Counted from the stretch's first letter, positions 9,895 to 20,416 are shown. The stretch is 32,420 bases of DNA from Nemertoderma westbladi (GCA_032718475.1 JAUCBJ010008469.1:1-32420), one strand, 5' to 3'. Notes: generated from the letters alone by a model not told the origin. Made by a program: numbers and translations.

Positions 9895-11586
9895 CAGTCT
9901 GGTTCCCGGCTTAATATTACATTATGTCAAATTTGACATGTGGCATGTCAAATTTGTCACTAATGTCAAAATTGCCATTTCGTTGTTTAAATTCTATCTA
10001 TCTGTCTATAGGCATAGTTAAAAGACAGATGTCACTAGGCAAATACGGGTAGTTGATAGTCTAGGCCTACTTACTGACTTAATACAGTAATACAGTAATA
10101 GTTAAACAAATGGTTAATAGTACTTTCTTTAGTTGTATTCAGTAAAAATATAATCAGGCAATGTAAGTGTACGAGTACGAGCAATCCCTCTGTGAGGAAG
10201 TCGAGTTCGATGGAAATGCTACATACTGACATATGCTTGCCTATCCCATGTGTAGCGACCGGGTAAAAACAGAAGCAATTGCAAAATTAACTGCGGAGCA
10301 ACTGTAAGAAAAATTGATAGATATTTTGTCTGATTGGCAGTCTGATTTCGTAGAATACTCAGAACTCCTTAAATTGTCCAAGAAAAAACAAGAACTAGTC
10401 GATTTGTACTTCCAAATCCAACAAGATATGAGCAATAGGTACCAAAGAAGAGGAGCCTGAAACTGATGAATAGTCTGTTCTGAATCGTTCATTTCATACC
10501 ATTCTGCCATTATAATATATATTATATTGCACTAGTGACTAGTCCTAATCTTTTGTGGTTCATAAATTGTATTGATATTGAGTTCCGAAATTGCATGTGG
10601 ATATAATATAACAATGATTTGTGTTCTTTAAATAATTTACAGATTCTTGTTTATTTTTAAAGATTGTGATTAAAGATTGCGGGTTAGTTATTAAATGTCA
10701 TTTCCATGATTTCTATGCAGCCAGCTTTCAACCTTAACCTATGTTTGGCTCTGTCGGGCCGCAATATAAAATTTATATAATTGATTAATTTACCCCTCAC
10801 CTCACCCCACCCCTTCCATCCAAAATAATAATGCCATATATAATTAAACTACGGTAAGCTAAGAACAGAAGAATGGTGAACTGAACTGTTATTTATCAAG
10901 TTAAATTAGGTTACTGTTATTGTTATATTTTGTTATTGCAGTGCTATTTTGTTACTGCTATTAAACTGTGGGGGGGGGGGGGGGGACTGGCTGAACGCAA
11001 TAAAATTGCATCCCTCTCCATGGGAAATTGGACACAATTAACAGTTGATTACTCTCAAAAATTAAACTGTAACCTGTTCTATTGTGTTTAGTTTATTGTT
11101 TTGGTTAAAATAATGTGCCTTTGTAACCTGCTCCTTTCCAGAAGGAATCCGTAATTAAATATCCCATTTTTCATTTCATCAGTTGTCCAGTTTAAAATAT
11201 AAAGCTATAATAATTAAAATTGATGTTGGATCAATTAAACAGATTTAATAATAAACCTTCAACATCAAATCGTCTTATATATTTATACTACTGGTAGGCC
11301 CTATAATATTATATGTCAAATTTGGAATGTCATGTCAAATTTGAATCTTGCTGAATTTAAAACGTAATTATTTCAAAAAATTCTTGGTGAATTTCAATTA
11401 TCCCTGGTGAAAATGTTCAAATGGCAAATTAATGTCTACATATAAAAATTCAGATGCCCAATTAAATGATTGAACTCCCAAAGCACTTTTTCTCTTTTTC
11501 CATGTCAAATTTAGCATGAAATGTCAAATTTGAATTGCAAAATGTCAAATTTGACATAATGTCAAATTAAGCCAGGAACCAGACTG
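9895..11586. mobile_element. Non-autonomous TIR DNA transposon with 5-bp TSD (superfamily uncertain)
   Basis: TIR CAGTCTGGTTCCYGGCTTAAT...ATTAAGCCAGGAACCAGACTG. TSD AATGT (9890-9894 and 11587-11591). About nine subterminal ATGTCAAATT(TGACAT) motifs. Confidence 0.88.
11050..11150 (+). repeat. Dispersed repeat copy nested in the 9895-11586 element
   Basis: ctcaaaaattaaactgtaacctgttctattg...gtttattgttttggttaaaataa...tgtaacctgctcctt matches the reverse complement of about 32340-32420. Confidence 0.75.
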
Positions 11587-12269
11587 AATGTGATGTGAGA
11601 TGTGTATGGCAGTATGGTGTAGTAAGGTAGGGCAGTAGGCAGGTAGGGTGGCAGCGGCAGGGCAGCAGGGGCTCATTCCTGTTTGGGGGCCTCCATCCTA
11701 CTGTCCTATACTATTATTAGGCCTATTGCCTATCAGCCTACCCTGGCCTATAGTCTAGGCCTACATTCGCCCCACATTCTGACATTTTAGGGGCATATGG
11801 CTGTATGGACCTGGGGCGAATCGACATGGACAGTTGACTGATTCGCCCCACCTTCCAAGTCCATTCGCCCAGACTGCCACATGTTTATTGAATGTTTTAC
11901 TAATCAGCTAATACTGTAATATTCTTTTTAGGTACAATGATATTAGAAAGTGCAATATTGAAATCTTGTTACAAACACACCCTCGATTACCTGATTACAG
12001 TACGCGTAATATTTTTTAGACATTCAATCTAATAAATTACAGTAGAAATCTTGTTAGGGTAAACTGGGGTAATTTGGGACATGGGGGAATTTGGGACAGG
12101 CTGGGGTAATTTGGGACAAGTCTTTTCTTAACTGTAAGTGCAGTGGGGTTTGGTGGGTTGTTTAAATTATAGGCCTACACTTAGCTTCATACTTTCTCTA
12201 GCTCTTTTAAATGCTGTAGGGCTGTCGGGTAGACTAGCCGTCACAGGTAAGTCGCAAGTGTAAGGTGTT

Positions 12270-13420
12270 CGCTTTCAGATATTTCGCCCTCTAGCAGCAG
12301 ACTGGAGAACTGCAGCAGCAGCAGATTAATCACCTTCCTCAAAAAGACACAGCATGTAGTAGTAGTGATGTAGTAGGTCAGTAGGTACTTATATTCCAAG
12401 ACTCAGCTTAAACAGATTAAGATGAAGAAAATGGAGACATGGGTAAGCGGAAGATCACTTTCATACATTTTGCCCTCTAGGAGCAGACTGGAGAACAGAA
12501 CTGCAGACCAATTTCCGACCCCACCAAGACTGCAAGACACACTACTGACGCAGGATGCATTCTAAAGAGAGCACATATATACTGATACATACAGACAGAC
12601 AGACAACATATTTGACAAGTTTCAGCTAGGACGGATCATAAATAATGGAATGAGTCAAGGATGTCACTTTCAGACATTTTTGCCCTCTAGCGGCAGACTG
12701 GAGAACAGATGACCGACAACCTTCTTCCCAAAGTTTCAACATGTGGTATAGTAGGGCCTATCAAATAGCCTAAGGCAGTAAGGTAATCGAATTAGAATCA
12801 CGGAAATGGGAGAAGGTTTTCACTTTCAGACATTTCGCCCTCTAGGAGCAGACTGGAGAACTGCAGATGAATCACCTTCCTCAAAAAGACACATCATGTA
12901 GTCGTGATCTGGTACTATATTCCAAGACTCAACTTAAACAGATTAAGGTCAAGTAAATGGCAGAATGGGTACAGGGGAAGTGGAAGGATCACTTGTATAC
13001 ATTTTGCCCTCTAGTCAGCTAGTGGTAGACTGAAGAAATGCAGACCACTTACCGACCCCTCCAAAGACACAGCAGCACATTGATGCAGGATGTATTCTGG
13101 CTGAGCACATACTGGCATAAAGACAGACAAACATACAACATATTTTTGACAAGTTTCAGCTTGAACGGATCATAAATATCGGAATGAGCCAAGGATTTCA
13201 CTTTCAGATATTCGGCCCTCTAGCGGCAGACTAAAGAACTGCATGCAGATTAGCCCCCTTTGAATGACACATGACAGCTATGAGCTAATGGTCGGTCTAA
13301 TACAAGTATGACAAGTTTCAGCATTGTCTTTTGGTCGGATTAAATGCAGAGAGATCTGGAGATGGCAGATGGGATGACATTTATTAATGTTTGACATGTA
13401 GCCCTCTAGCGGGAGACTGT
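12270..13420 (-). promoter_or_regulatory. Array of seven co-oriented CTCF-like motifs within diverged repeats of about 186 bp
   Basis: GCCCTCTAG core at 12286, 12472, 12682, 12837, 13006, 13215 and 13401. The minus-strand consensus CTGCAGTTCT-CCAGT-CTGCCGCTAGAGGGCG resembles the CTCF upstream module + 5-bp spacer + core. The repeat itself is certain; the CTCF identity is inferred. Confidence 0.65.
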
Positions 13421-13603
13421 TGTACTGATGGTGTCGAACAGTCTCTAAAATCCCAACTTTTGGTCTTATTGATGCATTGTACAATTTCTCAACAAAGTTT
13501 GTGTCAATTACAATGGGCTACTACTGTTCGTTTTATGTTATGTCCCAAATTCCCCCAACTGTCCCAAATCCAGGTTGGAATTTATGTAGAGTTTGCTCAA
13601 CAT

Positions 13604-13716
13604 GTGTGGCGCGCATTTAGGATCCTGGCGCGAAGGAACAGGGGCGTGTGGCGCGCATTTAGGATCCTAGCGCGAAGGAGCAGGGGCGTGTGGCGCGCAT
13701 TGAGGATCCTGGCGCG
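13604..13716. repeat. 42-bp tandem repeat, about 2.7 copies
   Basis: gtgtggcgcgcatttaggatcctggcgcgaaggaacaggggc starts at 13604, 13646 and 13688. Confidence 0.95.
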
Positions 13717-16040
13717 GAAATGGATGTCATGTACACTAGTACAGTAGCAAAATGCATTGGCATGGCAACATATCCAGCCACTCTACTTCACATTATGCAT
13801 TATATCGGTCTACCAGTAGAGCCTATTTTTAAAAAGAGTTAGGCCTAGGCCTTAAAAATTTTCGCTCGCGTTTGTGTGTTATGCCTGCCTATACGCTCTA
13901 CTCTTATTCATCATTCTAATAACTAAACTATAATAGAATAGGGATATTTGATTACATACAGTGATATTTTATTACAGTGTTTGTTTATTAACCTATAGAA
14001 GTAGTTCCGTGCCTTGAACTGTTTTGCACTCCCACATTATGGACAAACCGACAGATTGAGCATTGAACAGTTGAAGGTCTGAAGGTACCGTATCCAATCC
14101 ACGTTAATCATCATCATGATCATGGCCAATCAGGCCAAAGTTTTAATGTCTTTCAAAATATGAGTTGTTTGAAAGGTTTTTCAATTGTTCACACCAATAC
14201 AGCAACAGCAATATAGCCTAAAACCACGATTCAGCAGATTTTCCGTGTTCGCTACACTCAGATTTAATTCATAATCACATCTGTAGGTAAAAAATAGTCG
14301 GTTGACCCAAAAATGTTAAAATTTTCTTGCTCACATCTGTAGGTAAAAAATAGTCGGTTGACCCAAAAATGTTAAAATTTTCTTGCTCGCTACGCTCGCA
14401 ATTTAATCACATCTGTATTTAAAAACCTTCGGTTGACCTACTATCTGAATATTACAGTAATACTGTACGCCTATTCATGTTTACTTTTCTGCAAAATTTT
14501 CTTGCTCGCTACGCTCGCATTTTCATGTTAAAATACTGTAGGAGTGGGTCTAACTCTATGTCTGTAGCGTAGGTACTGCAGTAGGCCTACAGGCCTATAA
14601 ACTGATAAATGATTACAATAATTGCAAAATTTAATGGTCAATCTTTCAATGGTTGGCGCACATTGAATGTCATGGCTGGCGCGCTTTTCGTTTAACCAGA
14701 ATCCGTGTGGCGCGCTTTTTGTCAATATTCCATATAGGTCCCAAATTACCCCATGCTGGGGTAATTTGGGACACTGATGAATATTAATTAAAAAAGGGTA
14801 ATTAATTATTTGAAAATAAAAATTAAGTAATTAGTTTGATAGAATGGGTACATGGTGCATACTTGATAAGGTCGGATTATCAAAAAAATGTTTTTAAGAT
14901 TCTGAAAAAAGCTTTAAAGGACGATTTTGTCCCAAATTACCCCAGTTTACCCTACAAACACATTTTGCCCTCGATGACACGTAATATTTTTTAGATCTTA
15001 ATTCTATCAGTCTATTGCAATAAATTACAGTAGAAATCATGTTACAAACACTTGTGAACCTCGATTACGCGAAATACCGGTATTTTCTCAAGATCTTATA
15101 ATGTGAAACAAATTGATATGGTAAATTAAGCAAATCCAAATGTTGTTTTTGTCTACTTTCCTTTTAAGCTTCAATATATTGAATCGCATGACTCACATTT
15201 GCACATACAACAGTGGCAACTCTCATACAGTCATAGCTGCATAGGCCTGTAGGCAACTCTTGTCTGCTTGTGTCTCGGCAAGGGTTCGAACCCGCGGGAC
15301 CTAGAAGCATAATGAATTACATGTGAATGGCGAATGGACTTGGACAGTTGGAAGGTGGGGCGAATCGGTCAACCTGTCAACTGTCAAAGTCGATTCGCCC
15401 CAGGTCCATATTCCCCTAAAATGTGGGGCGAATCGACTTGGGGCGAAAAGGTCGAGGGGCGAATCGACCCGCACCCTGTAAATACTTGTTTCAGTTTCGA
15501 TTGTACTGTTGTGTGTAACGTTTAACGTATTGCAGTATTGCCTATGTTTTTAATATTTTTACTGTATTTTGATGTCAATAAACAATTCCAATTCCAATTC
15601 AAATTACCCCACGGGAACTGGTAAAATCATGACATGAAAAAAATTCAAAATGGAGGCCCCCAAACAGGAACGTCCCGTGCCGTGCAGCCGTGGCAGGGTA
15701 GGGCAGTAGGGCGGTCTGGCGGGGTAGCGTGTACAGTCTGACAGTGTAGGGCAGTAGGGGGGATAAGTTTAAATAGGTGAATACTGCCTGACTGCAGTAC
15801 TGCAGTATCAGATCAGTACAGACTAGGGCTAGGCCATGTGCCAATGCTTCAATGCTGCAATGCGCCGCATGGTCTGATGACAGATGACATGGATGATACA
15901 GCAGTCAGTATGGTATGTAACGCTGTACCGCGTGCAGGCTAGTAGTACTACAGTCAGACAGTACTACATCCAGACATCTGTACATCGTAGAGTCAGTACA
16001 GTAGTGGCATCCCAAAACCACACCACTACAGGACAGCACT

Positions 16041-17091
16041 TGCGACCATTCACCCACTGGATTTACCCGGGAGACTGGATTCGGATGCTCAGACCTTATT
16101 GCGGTGTAGGCCTACTGTATTATTCGATTGATCGTTAATATATAATCTCTGACAAATATTATTCACTTTCGGGAAATATTAACAGTTCCTTTAGGACGTG
16201 GCGCTCTAAGTATGTAAACAGAGTTATGACTTACACTAAACACAACGGGATGGCTAATGATTCACGTATAAAGCGCATTCTTTAGGAGATGCTTTGTTAT
16301 CTATCACACTCATGCACACTACCGCACACTGCTGCACACCGATCTGCCGACCTTCACTAATTTTAATCATATATAAGGAGAACAGCAACCGACACATGTA
16401 GGGCCTATGAAATAGCATTCAATTCACTCCAAAACCACTATAATGTAAGTCGCAATTGCTATATGTAACTGGTCTCTCTAACCTTCAGTATATCAAGAAG
16501 ATTGGGGTTTTATGGTTATTTATCGATATTCTCCAAATATAACAATATTCCATCAACTGATACAATTAATAACCGACAGTAAATAGCAGTGAAATAATGC
16601 GGTGAAAGGTACGTATAGTTATGATATGATAAGTGGTAGATAGAATAACAGTTATACGTTTCTATAATCAAAGCCGTTCTAATGTTTGGCTAAAGTCTGA
16701 AACACAGAATAATTCCACAGCCGGTGTTCTGGCATCAGGAAAAAAGGTAAACATAAACCATAATGCATTGCGCGATTTCCCAGAGGTTTCTGTACAAATA
16801 AAATGAAAATCGCTCTGATTGGTCGACCGAACAAAGAACAAAGAAAAAGTTACACGTGGACATATCAGCTGATAGATGTCGTCATCTGAACTAAACTGTA
16901 TCAAGAGTATTTTGGCGTATTGCAACATAAAATCGCTAGTTATGTCCGCTAAAGTACACATACAGAAGAAATGGCTTTTTATGTCCACTAAAACACCGCT
17001 ACAGTAAGGAAACGGCTTTTTATGTCCGCTAAAACACCTACAGAGTACTTTGCGGGGAAAATGACTAGCTAATTCCGCAAAAGCCTTTACA
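16041..17091 (-). repeat. 3' LTR (1051 bp), about 121 bp shorter than the 5' LTR
   Basis: Matches 27551-28601 with about 15 substitutions and no indels by manual comparison (about 98.6%). Confidence 0.95.
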
Positions 17092-17169
17092 CCGCTCCCA
17101 GAAAATGGGATTTAATTCTATAAAATATAAAAAATCACAGTTTCTAAAATATAAAAATACTCTAAACAG

Positions 17170-18712
17170 TTAGTCTTTCTTGCGAGGACGGCGTTTACGC
17201 AGTTTTTTGAGGCTAGCAAGAGTCCTTTTCTCTTTGGGGCGAGCCACTTTACTAGGAGGGCTATAACTCCTGGGTGAAGGGTGCAATACATTTGCATCAG
17301 AAGGTTTAGCATTATGGTCGGTGTATCCGCCAGTCGAGGTACCTGGTTGATCGATATCAACTTCAGTGGAGCAAGGTCTAACGGCCTGTAGAGCGCGTCT
17401 TAGGACAGCAGCTCCTACTGGTCCCTGACGAGTCGTCTGAACGATAGCGGTAGGTGGACCGTATGTATTGAGAAATTTCCTCGGTTTGATGATTCTTTCC
17501 AACTCGAGTTCTCGGGCTCTGTCGAAATCGATATGCTTCTCCTCGAGCTGATTTTCCTCCGCTTGTCATTGGAAGCATTCGTCTAAAACTCGTTTAGAGT
17601 GTAGGGTCTTCCAAGTTCGATATCTTCTTAGAGATTCTGGATTTCCCGATCGAACTGATATAAAGCTAATTCGTTTACCGCTTGGACTTGCCGGTGCAAT
17701 TTACGTTTCTCTAAACAATTGTAGGTTCCTTTTCCGATCTTTTGACGAATAGTGTCCGACGCGTTTCGTACAACTCTCTCCTCCACCTCGGTGACAGGTT
17801 GTATCGGGTTAAACCGGGACGATGATACGGTTGAATGGCAATATTAGATGTCCGCGTCCCAATCCGACTAGGTAAGATGGGCGAATATTTAGGGAGCCCA
17901 CAACCGGAGTGCCACCGACTAACTGTTCAGGTAACACTAGATCTTTGAACAGTGAGTACAGTTCGGGAGGATCCGTGATACTATTAGGATCAAGAGTCTG
18001 AGGTCTAACTAGGGAATGAGGAGGTCTGACCGAGTATTCCGGAACTCTGATCATAGGTTTATTTAAGGATCGTTTGAATCGAGCGAGCGTAGTTGATACA
18101 TCGAACAAGTTTCGCTCGAAACTCCCGTAAATATAGCGAGTAAAACCGTGTTTAAAGCAACGTCTCCGCGGATGTTTATGTCTTTCTATTGGTTGGTTGG
18201 GTCTTGGGCATTCATCGCAATAATACCAAAGACGCACGTCTTGTAGGGGAAACGCGGGTGATATTTATTCGGTTTTACAATGTTTCTCTCAAGAATTCCA
18301 AATATACGTTGGAGTTACCGCGTTTATCCGGTTCTTTAACGTCTTCTCTTTCGAGTCGATTTCGAATAGAATTTTCGCATTCGATTTTAAGTTTATCGTT
18401 CCGACTCCGCTGGGTAGGATATTTAAATAGTACCATTTCCCTTTCGGTGTCGACATAGTCCGTATCGTGTAAATCGATAGGATGGCCAGTAGTTAAGAAG
18501 TCTATATACGTACCATTACGATGTGTATAGCGAGCGGTGAATTTTCTATAGTCCAATTCACGCGTAAGTTGCTACTGGGACATCGGCGGTTCGATATAAC
18601 GACCATCGTCCTCCGTAGTAGCGTCGCCGCGTATCAAGCTATCAACAAACGCTTGTAAAGGTAGAGTATATCGCTCCCTGATACCAAGATCATCTTCTAT
18701 CAACTCAGTCAT
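17170..18712 (-). pseudogene. Decayed accessory ORF (about 500 codons) of unknown function at the env position of the BEL element
   Basis: ATG at 18712 reads MTELIEDDLGIRERYTLPLQAFVDSL...SQ*QLTRELDYRKF in frame with ORF 18275-18556. It continues by frameshifts through 17809-18237, an EERVVRNASD...ELALYQFDRE segment, and 17170-17502 ending KKLRKRRPRKKD*. It is a GC-richer, codon-like block among AT-rich DNA. Confidence 0.6.
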
Positions 18713-19532
18713 AGCTGCTATATGAGTTTATCAATATCATAATGAGTTTATAATTAGGCTAGCGGGCGTCGCTGCCTACCCCTCACGGCCCCCGGACAGC
18801 GCAAGATCCTCAGCGCTGATGCACTGCCGCCGCTGTGCTTATCGCCAACATAGTAGCTGCACAACGACAATAACAACCAGCGCGAGTCACTCCACTGTCC
18901 GTCCCAAGGGCTAAGATTTACTTCAGGTTATTACTGCAGAGTTAGGGCTACTTTCACAATTGCGACTCGCTACTGTAAACACACTTTAGTAGTAACATTC
19001 ACCTATAAACGCACAAATTCCACACAACTGTCACAAACCGCACACATTCGGCCCATTTGTCCGTTAGTCAAGTGCCTTCCAGAATGCCACGTTATTATTG
19101 GGTATCTTTGGATACTAGCAGTGTGCTATTTATTCCTTATGCTATTCAATGGGGCAAGCCTTTATTGTTCTTTTAACTCACTTCTAATTCTAGCGTGGTT
19201 GTTGCCATGGTGACATTATGGAAAGCTAGCAGTAGAATTAGGGTAATTCTCATGCATACAGATCTGGGATGCTATTTAATAGTAATTCTTTAATTGTCAA
19301 TATTCCTTTTTATACATGATTTTATGAATTTTATCGGCTATTGACTATACATTGGAGATTCTCGCACACTAATATACTTAATAGGGTGAATCTCCACTCC
19401 CATGATCTATTAATTAATGGAATTTTTGGGAATGTCATAAATTGCATAAAATGACAATTTATCAAATTCATTAAAAAGATGAATTTAAATTTATTCCCGT
19501 AAATTTTATTATTTATCCTTAAAACAGACATA

Positions 19533-19894
19533 ATTTTATTCCAGAACATGTCTGGGGACTGGGATCCTTAATTCTAGGAAATTTGTCCTTTTAAGAGTAT
19601 CGGTAAGTGCTACGATATCTTAATAGACTAGCAATTTTAAAGGATCTAAAATTTTACAGATTTTCATTTATAGAATTTCTAGAGTTAACTTGTAAGTAGT
19701 TACTCTATTGTATTTATTTGACAGATTTTACAAATATTAATAGTTAATATTTAAGATGGGCACTGGTTTATTCCAGAACTTGTCTGGGGACGTTAACCAC
19801 TGATTTTAGAATTTTGTCTTTCAAGTATATCGGTGGGTGCCGCGATATCTTAATCGACTAGAATTATAGATGGTCAAAGGGTTTAACAGATTTA
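19533..19894. repeat. Diverged direct duplication of about 130 bp in the element's internal non-coding region
   Basis: tttattccagaac(a/t)tgtctggggac...tatcggt..gtgc..cgatatcttaat.gactag occurs at about 19535 and about 19768. Confidence 0.85.
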
Positions 19895-20416
19895 TTTTGC
19901 GTTTTACGCTACTGTTAAAGGGACATCACGCTACTATATGTATTATTTAATATATGGTATGAGAGCAATATCGCAAGAAGCAATGTCAGTGAGAAGAGGC
20001 AAGTCGTTTCCAAGGTCTACCCAGAGCTTGGTTTAGCCGAGACACGAGGATCTGAATTTTGCATTCCTAATACTCTACTTACCAATAATACTTGAATATA
20101 GTAGGAGCTTTATTGTACTTTAATAAGTACGGATATTTCATCTTACTGTAGTCACGTATTTATAATGTAATACGGACAGTAAGGAAAGAGAAAAAGAATT
20201 ATTTCTCGCCGTCGCACTAAATATATAATATAAGTAATTAAGTAATAAACGCGAATATATATTGCACTAATCTACTAGATAATCGCTAAAATAACATTCT
20301 ACTAAATAAAATTAAAGAAAACGATTATAATAAAATTATATAATAATACATCCATAAATATAAAATAATAAAAACAAATATAAAATAATATAGTCACACA
20401 CCCACTCCAGACGCTG

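Larger units (their letters stand above)
12057..14952. mobile_element. Non-autonomous Tc1/mariner-superfamily (pogo-like?) element, 2896 bp
   Basis: Perfect 25-bp TIR GGGTAAACTGGGGTAATTTGGGACA...TGTCCCAAATTACCCCAGTTTACCC with TA TSD (12055-56 and 14953-54). Removing it restores aaatcttgtTAcaaacac, seen intact at 11961. Extra TIR-motif copies occur at 12086-12118, 13541-13570 and 14738-14774. Confidence 0.92.
11765..15476. mobile_element. Middle element with long imperfect TIRs (GGGGCGAAT-rich MITE family), interrupted by 12057-14952
   Basis: 11765-11890 is the imperfect reverse complement of about 15310-15435 (ggacctggggcgaatcgac / gtcgattcgccccaggtcc; ccccaccttccaa / ttggaaggtgggg). An internal repeat of about 90 bp (aaatcttgttacaaacac...cctcgattac) continues across the nested insertion. 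Confidence 0.75.
11676..15670. mobile_element. Outer inverted-repeat element of a nested cluster
   Basis: Perfect 21-bp inverted repeat TTCCTGTTTGGGGGCCTCCAT (11676-11696) / ATGGAGGCCCCCAAACAGGAA (15650-15670). Exact termini and TSD are not resolved. Confidence 0.55.

Noticed and set aside
12270-13420. Repeat-spacer appearance suggesting a CRISPR array
   Set aside because: The context is eukaryotic and no cas genes are present. The spacers exceed 100 bp and are homologous to one another, and the repeats are degenerate.
15282-15303. tRNA genes at GGTTCGAA motifs (also 6516 and 28702)
   Set aside because: Only B-box-like motifs are present and no cloverleaf can be built. They are parts of repeats or a SINE.
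17170-18712. Envelope glycoprotein gene
   Set aside because: The position fits, but the reconstructed frames show no signal peptide, transmembrane anchor or Cys-rich ectodomain.
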